A DNA stretch of 64,000 nt from an uncultured Pelagibacteraceae bacterium (GCA_902536975.1 CACAZG010000001.1:3802-67801), one strand, 5' to 3'. Counted from the stretch's first letter, positions 28,138-38,461 are shown. Translations and numbers: made by a program. Notes: generated by a model from the letters alone, not told the origin.

Positions 28138-29428
28138 GCAAATATAAACATATAGCTGGAAAAGCTATTATTAATGCGAGTCTAATCACATCAGTCATTA
28201 AAAAAGGAAGCGTACCAAACCAAATAGTTTGCAAGGGTGTTTTCTGCATAACACCTTTAATTACAAATAAATTCATACCAACTGGGGGAGAAATTAGTCC
28301 AAATTCAACAACAATTACTGCAAATATTCCAAACCATACAGGATCTATGCCTGCATCAACTATTACTGGATAGAAAACTGGAATAGTTAAAAATAACATT
28401 GCTAATGAGTCCATAACAGTTCCGAGAACTAAATATATTGCACAAATAACTAGGATTACACCTAACGGAGTAAGCTCAAGATAGTTAATAAAATCAACTA
28501 CCGCAAAAGGTAGTTGTGTAACAGTAATTAGATAATTAAATATACTCGCTCCTATTACAATTAAATATAATGATCCAACTGTTTTGATAGTTGTCCAGAC
28601 CGCATCTTTCAAAAGGTTTAATTTTAATTGACCTCTAAAAAATATAAAAATTAAAACTAAAACTACCCCCACGGCCGCACTTTCAGTTGCTGTAAAAAAA
28701 CCTAAATAAAGTCCACCCATCATTATTACAAAAATTAAAAAAATAGGAAAAACTTTTGAGAGAGCAGAAATTCTTTCTTTAAATGGCATCTTAGTTCCAA
28801 ATCCACCTTCTGAGGGATAAATTAAAAGATAAACTCTTATTGCAATCATATAGAGTACAACAGCAATTACACCTGGAATTAATGCAGCAAAAAACAATTC
28901 CTGAACAGATTGTTCAGTTAAATATGCATATATGACCAATATTACACTTGGAGGAATTATAATTCCGAGAGTCCCACCTGATGCAATAGAACCACTTATT
29001 AGAGCATCACTATATCCATGTCTTCTCATTTCAGGACCTGCCATTTGAGACATTGTTGCAGCTGTAGCAATTGACGATCCACAAATCATTCCAAAACCAG
29101 CACAAGCTCCTACCGTAGACATTGCCAGCCCACCTTTATAATGACCTACTATTGCATAAGCTGCATCATAAAGATTTCTTGATAGATTTGAGCTATTTGC
29201 AAGATTTCCCATTAAGACAAAGAGTGGTAAAACTGACAAAGTATATTTAGATACAGCATCAAATGGAGCAGTTCCCAATACAAATATTGCAGGATCAAGA
29301 CCTGAAATCATTGCGAAGCCAGTAAAGCCCACTACTAACATTGCAATACCTATTGGCACGTTCAAGACCATCAGAATTAAGACTGCAGCGAATGCTAAAC
29401 CACCATTAATTATAGCATCAATACCCAT
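28118..29428 (-). CDS. dctM: TRAP transporter large permease DctM
   Basis: LSVLPLFVLMG, CGSSIATAATM, GGTLGIIIPPS, FTATESAAVG, GLISPPVGMNLF. Confidence 0.94.
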   Translation of the reverse strand: MGIDAIINGGLAFAAVLILMVLNVPIGIAMLVVGFTGFAMISGLDPAIFVLGTAPFDAVSKYTLSVLPLFVLMGNLANSSNLSRNLYDAAYAIVGHYKGGLAMSTVGACAGFGMICGSSIATAATMSQMAGPEMRRHGYSDALISGSIASGGTLGIIIPPSVILVIYAYLTEQSVQELFFAALIPGVIAVVLYMIAIRVYLLIYPSEGGFGTKMPFKERISALSKVFPIFLIFVIMMGGLYLGFFTATESAAVGVVLVLIFIFFRGQLKLNLLKDAVWTTIKTVGSLYLIVIGASIFNYLITVTQLPFAVVDFINYLELTPLGVILVICAIYLVLGTVMDSLAMLFLTIPVFYPVIVDAGIDPVWFGIFAVIVVEFGLISPPVGMNLFVIKGVMQKTPLQTIWFGTLPFLMTDVIRLALIIAFPAICLYLPSLMTP

Positions 29429-29916
29429 TAAGTTTGTTTTTCTAAATTATTTACAAAAAGAGTTTTTAAAAACCAAATCAGTATAGCAAGTACACTTAAC
29501 CACATTCCAATAGAGCATATGAAATAAAATGGATAAAAATAGAGTTCTAGATCGATAGTCACTCTTTGATTATTCATAAATTTGTAAGAAGTTAAAGTTG
29601 TCGAGTATGCCATTAATGACATTATTGAAATCATTAAAATAAACTTTAAAATCACTAAATAAGTTTTAAATATTCCTAAATTTAAATTATTAATAAAATC
29701 TGCAGATACATTGGCATTTAAGAAAAAAGCTCTTGGCATTGCCAGAAATGCAACTAATGCCATACCTATCTCAACTAACTCAATTGTGCCTGTAACTGGA
29801 GAGTTTAAAAAACGTCTACCAAAAACATCACAAAAAGTTAAGACAGCTAGTAAAAATAATATGATTCCTGATGCTATAGCTGAATAATCAAAAACTCTAC
29901 TAACTTTAGAAATCAT
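29428..29916 (-). CDS. dctQ: TRAP transporter small permease DctQ
   Basis: DVFGRRFLNSPVTGTIELVE; 4 TM. Confidence 0.9.
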   Translation of the reverse strand: MISKVSRVFDYSAIASGIILFLLAVLTFCDVFGRRFLNSPVTGTIELVEIGMALVAFLAMPRAFFLNANVSADFINNLNLGIFKTYLVILKFILMISIMSLMAYSTTLTSYKFMNNQRVTIDLELYFYPFYFICSIGMWLSVLAILIWFLKTLFVNNLEKQT

Positions 29917-29983
29917 AAAAATGTTGCTTCAAATTATTTAAACATTACCATATAAACTTTACCAAAAATAGAAAGTATTACTT

Positions 29984-30835
29984 ATGAAATTTATTTCCTT
30001 TGCACATAATGGACAAAAAAAATTTGGCATTATCAAGAATAATAAAATAACAGATTTAACTGGAAAAATTTCTGATTCAAACACACTAAAAGATTTAATT
30101 TCAAACAAAGGAATTCAAGAAGCAAAAAATTATGCAAAAAATAATCCAGGAAATTTAAATGTCTCAGATGTGGAATATTTACCATTAATACCAAATCCAG
30201 GAAAAATTATATGTGTTGGTTTAAATTATAGTGAACACGTAAAAGAAACTAATAGGACAGTAGAGGAAAATCCTGTTATATTTCACAGATTTCCAGAAAG
30301 CCAGACTGCACACTTGCAATCTATTCAAAGACCGGTTGTTTCTCAGAGCTTAGACTTTGAGGGTGAGATGGCGGTAATCATGGGTGATGGTGGAAAGCAT
30401 ATTAAACCAGATGATGCATTAAAACACATAATTGGATATTCCTGTTATAACGAAAGTACTATTAGAGAATGGCAAAGACATACAAGACAGTTTGGAATGG
30501 GAAAAAACTTTGAAAAGACAGGAAGTTTCGGTCCACATATGGTTTTAGCAGAAGATATTAAAGATTATAAAAATCTAACTATTGAAACTAGATTAAATGG
30601 TGAGGTCATGCAGAATGCAAAATTAAGCCAACTTATATTTGATATTCCCATCTTAATTTCTTATGTATCTAAAGCTATGGCTTGGAGGGCAGGAGATGTT
30701 CTTGTAACTGGAACTCCAGGAGGGGTAGGGTTTAAAAGAAACCCTCCAATATTTATGAAACCTGGCGATAAAGTTGATATAGAAATTACAGAAATTGGTA
30801 TTTTATCTAACACAATTAAGGATGAAATCATCTAG
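29984..30835 (+). CDS. Fumarylacetoacetate hydrolase family protein
   Basis: PGKIICVGLNYSEH, LDFEGE, GKNF, GDVLVTGTPGGVG. Confidence 0.93.
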   Translation: MKFISFAHNGQKKFGIIKNNKITDLTGKISDSNTLKDLISNKGIQEAKNYAKNNPGNLNVSDVEYLPLIPNPGKIICVGLNYSEHVKETNRTVEENPVIFHRFPESQTAHLQSIQRPVVSQSLDFEGEMAVIMGDGGKHIKPDDALKHIIGYSCYNESTIREWQRHTRQFGMGKNFEKTGSFGPHMVLAEDIKDYKNLTIETRLNGEVMQNAKLSQLIFDIPILISYVSKAMAWRAGDVLVTGTPGGVGFKRNPPIFMKPGDKVDIEITEIGILSNTIKDEII

Positions 30836-30883
30836 ATTTCACTATAGACTTTCTTAAATTATTTTTAACAGAGGGAAATTAAT

Positions 30884-31897
30884 ATGAAAAAAAAATTAAT
30901 TGGTATTGTTTTAGGAATTTTTTCCTTAGGCATAGTTAGTTCAGCTTCTGCTACTGAATTAAAGTTGGCAACTTTTGAACCACCAAAAGCATTCATAGCT
31001 AGTAAGATTTTAGCTGCTTGGGCAGATAAAGTAAATAAATGCTCAAATGGTGCTTTAAATGTAAAAATGTACGCAGGTGGAGTTTTAGGAAGTCCTCCTA
31101 AACAATATGATATTGTAACTTCAGGTGTTGCAGATATTTCTTGGACAGTTCTAGGTTATATTGGTGGTCAATTTCCACTAAGTTCTGTTGTTGAATTACC
31201 ATTTTTAACAAAAACTTCAAAAGCAGGATCTAGAGCTTTGAACACTCTTTATGAAGAAGGTTACTTAAATAAAGAAATGTCTGGAATTAAACTGATAGGT
31301 TTACATTCCAACCCTGGATATCAAATCCATATGAAGGATACAAAAGTGGTTAAACCTGCAGATTTCAAAGGTAAAAAAATGAGAGTACCAAGCAAAATAG
31401 CTGGAACTATACTTAAAACTTTAGGGGCAACAGGGGTAAAAGTACCAGCGCCAGGAACTTCTGAGGCTTTAAACAAAGGTGTTATAGATGGAACTCCATT
31501 TCCTTATACAGCTATTGGTTCATTTAGACTATTTGATGTAACAAAATATCATACAGAGGTTAACATCACTAACGCAACTTTTGGATTAATAATGAACAAA
31601 GGAAAGTATAATGGTCTTTCCTCAGCAGCTAAAGGATGCATTGATAAACATTCAGGTCAATGGTTCGGAGATTGGGCTTCTAATTTGATTGATACCCAGA
31701 ATGCTAAAATGAAGGTACAGGTTGAAAATACACCTGGACATGAAATCACAGTTGCATCTGACTCAGTTTTAGCTGAATACAAAAAAATATTAGCTCCAAT
31801 AGAAGCAGACTGGTTAGCAGAAATGAAAGGCAAAGGCCTTGATGGAGATGCTGTTTTAAAAAGAGCAAGAGAAGTAATTTCTAAAATAGACGGTTAA
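30884..31897 (+). CDS. dctP: TRAP substrate-binding protein DctP
   Basis: Signal peptide, YAGGVLG, VELPF, DFKGKKMRVP, ALNKGVIDG. Confidence 0.92.
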   Translation: MKKKLIGIVLGIFSLGIVSSASATELKLATFEPPKAFIASKILAAWADKVNKCSNGALNVKMYAGGVLGSPPKQYDIVTSGVADISWTVLGYIGGQFPLSSVVELPFLTKTSKAGSRALNTLYEEGYLNKEMSGIKLIGLHSNPGYQIHMKDTKVVKPADFKGKKMRVPSKIAGTILKTLGATGVKVPAPGTSEALNKGVIDGTPFPYTAIGSFRLFDVTKYHTEVNITNATFGLIMNKGKYNGLSSAAKGCIDKHSGQWFGDWASNLIDTQNAKMKVQVENTPGHEITVASDSVLAEYKKILAPIEADWLAEMKGKGLDGDAVLKRAREVISKIDG

Positions 31898-31909
31898 TCA
31901 TTCAATTCT

Positions 31910-31938
31910 GAGCCCGCTAATTTCATAGCGGGCTCTTT
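31910..31938 (+). terminator. Hairpin after dctP (terminator or mRNA-stabilising stem)
   Basis: GAGCCCGCTA-ATTTCA-TAGCGGGCTC perfect 10-bp stem followed by TTT. Confidence 0.75.
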
Positions 31939-31960
31939 CAAAATCTAGTATAATATTAAA

Positions 31961-32632
31961 ATGGCTGTTAAAGCACTTAGTTATATTGGAGTTAATTCGG
32001 ATAAATTTGATGATTGGTCTATTTATTCACAAAATTATTTAGGTATGCAAAAGATAGATCGAGGAAAAGATATTTTATCTTTTCGTATGGATGATCAAAA
32101 ACAAAGGTTGACTATTACAGGTGAAAAGGGAGATGGTTTAGGTTTTTTAGGATGGGAAGTTGAAAACAAAGAAGATCTTGAAATTTTTGCAGTAAAACTT
32201 GAAAAAAATAAAATAGTTGTGCATCAAGGAAAGTCTTCTTTTTCAGATAAACGTTTTGTTGAAGATTTAATTTATTTTGATGATCCACAAGGTAATCGTA
32301 TTGAACTTATTTATAATCCAATGATAGATACTGACCCTTTTAAACCTGGAAGGCCTATTTCAGGATTTAAGACAGGAGCTTTAGGAATGGGCCATGCTGT
32401 AGTTCATGTAAAAAAAATTGATGACTTAATACCTTTTTATACAGACATAATGGGATTTAAAATTAGTGATTATAGCCATACGCCAATATCATTATGTTTT
32501 TTTCACGTTAATGGCAGACATCATAGCTTAGCTTTGTTTGGTTCCGGAAGAACTGGTTTTCATCATTTTATGGTAGAATATAATAATCTAGATGATGTTG
32601 GTCAGGGTTATGATCTATTACAATATAAAGAC
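31961..32632 (+). pseudogene. N-terminal ~224 aa of a VOC/extradiol ring-cleavage dioxygenase (BphC-like), truncated at a junction
   Basis: ALSYIG, FRMD, DPQGNRIEL, GMGHAV, HVNGRHHSLA, FHHFMVE...DDVGQGYD; the C-terminal LGRH...E segment is absent. Confidence 0.8.
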
Positions 32633-33319
32633 AATGGAAGTCTACTTACTGAAAAGATAATCGACAATTTATATAATAAAGATAACATTTCAAATATAAA
32701 TGTAAGTATTGATGGAGCAACAAAAAAAACATTTGAAGGAATAAGAATTAGGTCAGATTTTGATAAAGTAATAAATAATACTAGTAAATTAATTTTAAAA
32801 ATTAAAACAAAAAATAAAAAAAAAAGACCTATTTTTACCGCTTTATCTTTAATTCAAAAAGATAATGTTCATGAGGCTGAGCAGATTATGTATTTATGCA
32901 AAAAAATGGGTTTTGATGAATTATGTTATCAAGTACAGCTAACTGGTTGGGGCAAAAAAGAATGGGAAGATAACAATTTAAAAAAAGATATAAATTATAA
33001 CAATTCAAATAAAAAATTATTTGAAGAAATAGTGCAAAAAGCAAAAAAAATTGATTTTCCAGTTAAAGTGATTGAAGAAAATTTATTATCTAAACAAAAT
33101 CAATGTGGATACCCCTGGAATACCCCATACATTAATACTGAAGGTAAAGTAACTCCTTGTTGCATGATACCTGATCCAAACGTGTTATCATTAGGATCAA
33201 TAGAAAAAACAAATTTTAATAAAATTTGGAATTCCAAAACATATCAAGATTTTAGAAATGACATAAAATCTCACCAATTAAGAGAATACTGCAAAAACTG
33301 TTATAGATCTAGGAATTAG
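32633..33319 (+). pseudogene. C-terminal part of a radical SAM/SPASM protein, in frame with the preceding dioxygenase fragment
   Basis: NGSLL, VSIDGATKKTFEGIR, SPASM-like CGYPW...GKVTPCC...IWNS...CKNC; no CxxxCxxC. Confidence 0.8.
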
Positions 33320-33321
33320 AA

Positions 33322-35232
33322 TTAATTATATTTATTATTTCTAAGCCATTTTGCTAAAATAATTATATTCCAAGAAAAGTTATTTCCTCTTGCATCATTG
33401 GCACCTGGGATATCAGAAAAATTTAAATTTATATTTTCAAAAAAATCAAAATTATGTTTTTTAACTAAGTTTAAACTGTCAAAATAAATTTCTTTCAATT
33501 TTCCTTTCAAAATATTATTCATATCTATGCTAAAACCCATTTTTGGCCTGTAAATTAATTCACTTGGCAAATAATTCTCTAGAATCTTCTTTAAAATATA
33601 TTTTTGTTCTTTTGAATTTATTTTATATTTAATTGGAATTTGCCAAGCATATTCAAATACTTCTTTATCTAAAAATGGAATCCTTGTTTCCAAGCTAGAA
33701 CTCATTGCTGTCCTATCTACCTTGCATAAAATATCATCTGATAAGTAACTTATGGTGTCAAATATCATCATTTTCTCCCTAAATTCATAATCGAAATCTC
33801 CAAGTGTTTCCTCAATATCTGGAGGAGTGTAATCAAAATTTGAGATTAAACGAAAAAAAAGATCTTCTTGATTTTCAATATTCTTTGTAATTGACTTAAA
33901 TTTAGATATTTTATCATCTAACTGAGCAATACTTTTTAATTTGAAAAAATTTATCAACTTAACGAGTACTCTATTTGGTATTCCATTAAATATTTTATAA
34001 AATATTTTTTTGTTCATCTTAAATATTTTATATATTCTCCAAACTGTATTTATATATTTATATCTGTTGTACCCACAAAATAATTCATCTGCACCATCAC
34101 CAGATAAAGATACGGTAACCTTTTTTTTTGTAAAATGAGACAACAGATACATTGGAATTTGAGAGCTATCTCCAAACGGCTCACCAAAAGTTTGATCAAT
34201 TTTATCTATAGTATTTAGAATGTCTTTTTCAGATACAAAAAGTTCATTATGGTTTGTTCCTAGTTTATCTGCAACTTTTCTTGCATAATCAGACTCATCA
34301 AACTCTTTATTTTGAAACTTAATTGAAAATGTATCAATTTTTTTATTTGAATTTTTTTGCATTAATGCTGTGATTAAAGATGAATCAGTACCACCAGATA
34401 AAAATGAACCTATTGGAACATCACTTATCATCTGTTTAGATACAGACTTACTTATTTTATCTTCTAGCGTAATTTTTGCCTCGTTAAAATTGTTGATTAA
34501 ATTTTTTTTTGAATTTTTAATTTTATCATTTAAATTATACCATTGATATTTTTTTATATAATCTAATTTTTGATCAAACTTTTTACAATCAATTTCTAAT
34601 ATTGTACCAGGTTCTAATTTAAATATTTTTTTATAAATTGAATTTGGTGATGATATATAAGAATATTTTAAAAAATTAAAAATAGCATTATGGTTTAAAT
34701 TTTTATCAATGTTATCAATTTTGCTAAGAAATTTTATATCAGAAGCAAATGCAAAAAGATCATCACTTCTATAAAAGTATAACGGCTTCTCACCAAAAAT
34801 ATCTCTTACTAGGAATATTTTATTATTTTTATAATCAAAATAAGCAAAAGCAAACATCCCGTCTATATTTTCTAAAGTATTTTTTAATCCGATGCTTTCA
34901 ATTAAATTTATTAATGTTTCTGTGTCGCAAGTACTTTTCCAATTATGATTTAGTTCATTTTTAAATTTATTTCTTAATTCTAAATGATTATAAATTTCTC
35001 CATTAAAAGTAATTAATAGATTTTTTGTTTTGGAGTACATGGGCTGACTACCGTTTTTAGACAAATCCTGAATTGATAATCTGTTGTGTCCAAAAACCAA
35101 ATTTTCATTAATTTTTAAATAGTTTTTTTCGTCAGGTCCTCGATGATCTTGCAAACTTAGATTTTTCAAAATTATCCTATCCAAATCAACTTTTTTATGT
35201 TTGCTTGTTTTTATTCCTGATATTCCACACAT
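33322..35232 (-). CDS. asnB: Asparagine synthetase (glutamine-hydrolysing)-like amidotransferase, probably glycan-related
   Basis: MCGI, HRGPD, HNRLSI, FNGEIYNH, RDIFGEKPLY, FLSGGTDSS, SGDGADELFCGY, KVDR, ETRIPFLD. Confidence 0.92.
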   Translation of the reverse strand: MCGISGIKTSKHKKVDLDRIILKNLSLQDHRGPDEKNYLKINENLVFGHNRLSIQDLSKNGSQPMYSKTKNLLITFNGEIYNHLELRNKFKNELNHNWKSTCDTETLINLIESIGLKNTLENIDGMFAFAYFDYKNNKIFLVRDIFGEKPLYFYRSDDLFAFASDIKFLSKIDNIDKNLNHNAIFNFLKYSYISSPNSIYKKIFKLEPGTILEIDCKKFDQKLDYIKKYQWYNLNDKIKNSKKNLINNFNEAKITLEDKISKSVSKQMISDVPIGSFLSGGTDSSLITALMQKNSNKKIDTFSIKFQNKEFDESDYARKVADKLGTNHNELFVSEKDILNTIDKIDQTFGEPFGDSSQIPMYLLSHFTKKKVTVSLSGDGADELFCGYNRYKYINTVWRIYKIFKMNKKIFYKIFNGIPNRVLVKLINFFKLKSIAQLDDKISKFKSITKNIENQEDLFFRLISNFDYTPPDIEETLGDFDYEFREKMMIFDTISYLSDDILCKVDRTAMSSSLETRIPFLDKEVFEYAWQIPIKYKINSKEQKYILKKILENYLPSELIYRPKMGFSIDMNNILKGKLKEIYFDSLNLVKKHNFDFFENINLNFSDIPGANDARGNNFSWNIIILAKWLRNNKYN

Positions 35233-35360
35233 ATGTGAATTTTATATTTGAAAATTTAAACTACATTAATTTTAAATGATTAAAATAAATTTTTGTAAAA
35301 AGATAAATGAAAATAAGGAATTTCTCAAAAATTATTAATAAAATATAGATATTTTTGTGT

Positions 35361-35388
35361 TTGCAATTAGATATAAAATTTATATAAG
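35361..35388 (+). promoter_or_regulatory. Putative sigma70 promoter for the stand-alone 5S rRNA
   Basis: TTGCAA-N16-TATAAG ending 5 nt before the 5S 5' end. Confidence 0.55.
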
Positions 35389-35393
35389 TTTTC

Positions 35394-35511
35394 TGCCTGG
35401 TGATTATTGCGAAAGTGTAATACCCGATCCCATTCCGAACTCGGAAGTCAAGCCTTTCAGCGCCGATGGTACTTTGTCTTAAGATATGGAAGAGTAGGTC
35501 ATTGCCAGGCA
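35394..35511 (+). rRNA. rrf: 5S ribosomal RNA, unlinked from 16S/23S
   Basis: Terminal helix TGCCTGG...CCAGGCA; CCCGATCCCATTCCGAACTCGGAAGTCAAGC, CGCCGATGGTACT, GAGTAGGTC. Confidence 0.97.
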
Positions 35512-35520
35512 AAAAAAATT

Positions 35521-35646
35521 ATGAAAATTGCAAGTTCACTCAAATCTTTAAAAAAACGCGACCTTAATTCTAAGTTAGTAAGAAGACGAGGAAGAGTTTA
35601 TGTAATTAATAAGAAAAATCCAAAATTTAAAGCAAGACAAAAGTAA
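35521..35646 (+). CDS. rpmJ: 50S ribosomal protein L36 (Zn-free type B)
   Basis: [41 protein letters not shown]; real start is ATG 35521, not 35407. Confidence 0.95.
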   Translation: MKIASSLKSLKKRDLNSKLVRRRGRVYVINKKNPKFKARQK

Positions 35647-35660
35647 TCAAAAGATAAATT

Positions 35661-36749
35661 ATGAAAATAGGATCTATAGCCGAAGATAAAAGTATAGATA
35701 AAAGAATTTCTATTACTCCAGAAATTTCTAAAAAATATATTAACATGGGATTTAAAGTTCAAATTTCTGAAAAATATGGTGAGCATCTAGGTTTTGAAGA
35801 CTCTGAGTATAAAGAAATAGGTGTTGATTTGGTTCATAATGAAAAAAAGCTTATTGAAAGTTCAGATGTTATAGTTCAAATGGGATTATTGAATGATAAT
35901 CAATTATCTTATTTAAAAGCAAATCAAACTTATATTGGAGTATTAAACTCATATCAAAACAATGATAAGTTAATTGAATTGGCAAAAAAAAATATAAATG
36001 TATTTTCTCTTGAATTACTTCCAAGGATTACTAGAGCTCAGTCAATGGATATTCTGTCCTCACAAGCTAACTTAGCTGGATATAAGGCAGTTTTGGAATC
36101 TTTTTCAATTTTTGAGAAAGCAATACCTATGATGATGACAGCTGCTGGTACTGTTCCTGCAGCAAAAGTTTTAGTCGTAGGAGCAGGGGTGGCAGGATTG
36201 CAGGCTATAGCAACAGCAAAAAGAATGGGAGCGATTGTGTTTGCAACAGATGTAAGAATTGCTTCAAAAGAGCAAGTTGAAAGTTTAGGAGGAAAATTTT
36301 TAAGTGTGGAAGGTTCAGAAAATTTAGAGACCGAGGGTGGATACGCCAAGGAGGCTTCAGAGGAATTTAAAAAAAAACAAGAAGATCTTTTAGCAGATAC
36401 TTTAACCAAAATTGACATAGTAATTTGTACAGCACTGATACCGGGAAAAAAAGCACCGTTAATAATTAAAGAAAATATGATAAAAAATATGAAGCCAGGT
36501 TCAGTAATTTACGACTTAGCTGCAATCCAAGGAGGCAATTCTGCATTTACGGAGGTTGATAAAGTTATTGATAAAAATGGAGTTAAAATTTTGGGTGAAA
36601 AAAATATTTTAAATAAGCTTCCTTCATCATCTTCAAATTTATATGCAAAAAATGTTTATAATTTTGTGGCTAATTTATACGATAAAGAAAGTAAAAAAAT
36701 AAATATTAACTTAGAGGATGAGATAATCTCAAAAACAATAATTAAATAA
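35661..36749 (+). CDS. pntA: NAD(P) transhydrogenase alpha subunit, part 1
   Basis: PRITRAQSMDILSSQANLAGYKAV, GAGVAGLQA, GGYAKE, TALIPG. Confidence 0.96.
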   Translation: MKIGSIAEDKSIDKRISITPEISKKYINMGFKVQISEKYGEHLGFEDSEYKEIGVDLVHNEKKLIESSDVIVQMGLLNDNQLSYLKANQTYIGVLNSYQNNDKLIELAKKNINVFSLELLPRITRAQSMDILSSQANLAGYKAVLESFSIFEKAIPMMMTAAGTVPAAKVLVVGAGVAGLQAIATAKRMGAIVFATDVRIASKEQVESLGGKFLSVEGSENLETEGGYAKEASEEFKKKQEDLLADTLTKIDIVICTALIPGKKAPLIIKENMIKNMKPGSVIYDLAAIQGGNSAFTEVDKVIDKNGVKILGEKNILNKLPSSSSNLYAKNVYNFVANLYDKESKKININLEDEIISKTIIK

Positions 36750-36752
36750 ATT

Positions 36753-37064
36753 ATGGAAATAGACCCATTTATATTCAGATTAAGTATTTTTATCCTTTCA
36801 ATTTTTATTGGATATTATGTAGTTTGGAGCGTAACACCTTCATTGCATACTCCTTTAATGTCAGTTACTAATGCTATTTCATCTGTGATAATTGTTGGTG
36901 CAATAATTGCTGCATTAGCGGGTAATACTGAAAATATATTTGAAACTGCAAATATTTTTGGCTTTATGGCCATTGTATTAGCTGCAATCAATATTTTTGG
37001 AGGGTTTCTAGTAACTCAAAGAATGTTAGCAATGTATAAAAAAAAAAAGAAAGATAAAAAATGA
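36753..37064 (+). CDS. pntA: NAD(P) transhydrogenase alpha subunit, part 2 (membrane)
   Basis: VTPSLHTPLMSVTNAISS, NIFGGFLVTQRMLAM. Confidence 0.96.
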   Translation: MEIDPFIFRLSIFILSIFIGYYVVWSVTPSLHTPLMSVTNAISSVIIVGAIIAALAGNTENIFETANIFGFMAIVLAAINIFGGFLVTQRMLAMYKKKKKDKK

Positions 37065-38461
37065 TTTCAGTAAATCTTCTAGCTGTGTTTTACCTTATAT
37101 CAGGTGTTTTATTTATTTTAGCTTTAAGAGGACTTTCATCACCTGAAACTTCTAGAAAAGGAAATTTTTACGGTATAATAGGTATGGCACTGGCAATAGG
37201 TGTCACAATTCTATCAGTCGGAAACTTTTCACTAGGTTTTATATATTTATTAATTTTTTTAGCTATTGGTGGTTCTATTGGTGCGTTTATTGCATTTAAA
37301 ATTCCAATGACAGCAATGCCAGAACTTGTAGCTGGGTTTCATAGTCTTGTGGGTCTCGCTGCGGTATTTGTTGCTATTTCAGCATTTATCAATCCTGGTG
37401 TTTTTAATTTAGGGATGCCAGGTGACATAAAGATTGCTAGTTTAGTAGAAATGTCGCTAGGAGCAGCAATAGGCTCAATTACATTCACTGGTTCAATAAT
37501 AGCTTTTTTAAAATTAAGAGGGATCATGTCTGGATCACCAATTACTTTCTCAGGCCAACATTATTTAAATTTAGCACTTGGAATTACAATTTTATTATTA
37601 ATATTTTATTTGTGTAAAACTCAATTGAGCTTATCGTTTTGGATCATAATTATAATTTCACTTTTAGTGGGTGTACTACTAATTATTCCAATAGGAGGTG
37701 CAGATATGCCAGTTGTAATATCAATGCTAAACTCTTATTCTGGATGGGCAGCCGCTGGCATTGGGTTTACTTTAGAAAATACTGCTTTAATTATTACAGG
37801 TGCTCTTGTGGGATCTTCGGGTGCAATTTTATCTTATATAATGTGTAAAGGGATGAACAGGTCATTTTTCAATGTTATTTTAGGAGGTTGGGGATCGAAT
37901 GAACAAGAAACTTCATCATCATCCGCTAAAGAACAAAAACCTGTTAAAAACGGAAACGCTGACGATGCTGCATTTCTAATGAAGAATGCATCATCTGTGA
38001 TTATTGTTCCTGGTTATGGAATGGCTGTAGCACAGGCACAACATGCTTTAAGAGAAATGGTTGATGCATTAAAAAAAAATGGAGTAAAGGTATCTTATGC
38101 AATTCATCCAGTTGCAGGTAGAATGCCTGGTCATATGAATGTATTACTTGCGGAAGCCAATGTTCCTTATGATGAGGTATTTGAATTAGAGGAAATTAAT
38201 AATGACTTTGCGAATTGTGATGTTGCTTATGTAATAGGAGCTAATGATGTTACAAATCCTGTTGCAAAAACTGATCCCCAAAGCCCAATATATGGTATGC
38301 CTGTTCTAGATGTTGAAAAAAGTAAATCAGTTTTGTTTGTTAAAAGAAGCTTATCACCAGGATATGCTGGAATTGATAATGACCTTTTTTATAGAGACAA
38401 TACACTCATGTTATTTGCAGATGCAAAAAAAATGACTGAGGAAATAGTTAAGAGTTTATAA
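37061..38461 (+). CDS. pntB: NAD(P) transhydrogenase beta subunit
   Basis: MTAMPELVAGFHSLVG, GGADMPVVISMLNSYSG, PGYGMAVAQAQH, HPVAGRMPGHMNV. Confidence 0.97.
   Translation: MISVNLLAVFYLISGVLFILALRGLSSPETSRKGNFYGIIGMALAIGVTILSVGNFSLGFIYLLIFLAIGGSIGAFIAFKIPMTAMPELVAGFHSLVGLAAVFVAISAFINPGVFNLGMPGDIKIASLVEMSLGAAIGSITFTGSIIAFLKLRGIMSGSPITFSGQHYLNLALGITILLLIFYLCKTQLSLSFWIIIIISLLVGVLLIIPIGGADMPVVISMLNSYSGWAAAGIGFTLENTALIITGALVGSSGAILSYIMCKGMNRSFFNVILGGWGSNEQETSSSSAKEQKPVKNGNADDAAFLMKNASSVIIVPGYGMAVAQAQHALREMVDALKKNGVKVSYAIHPVAGRMPGHMNVLLAEANVPYDEVFELEEINNDFANCDVAYVIGANDVTNPVAKTDPQSPIYGMPVLDVEKSKSVLFVKRSLSPGYAGIDNDLFYRDNTLMLFADAKKMTEEIVKSL

Noticed and set aside
31961-33319. Novel functional VOC dioxygenase-radical SAM fusion, or a sulfatase-maturating enzyme for the nearby sulfatase
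   Set aside because: Each half lacks essential catalytic motifs, and composition and context change at the join; it lacks CxxxCxxC and does not resemble anSME. Treated as a junction.
35261-35520. ORF 35261..35512 (-) and the N-terminal extension of ORF 35407..35646
   Set aside because: Both are translations of the 5S rRNA gene; rpmJ starts at 35521.
35647-35660. Structured RNA leader upstream of pntA, as I recall being reported for Pelagibacter
   Set aside because: The spacer is only 14 nt here, too short for a stem-loop element.
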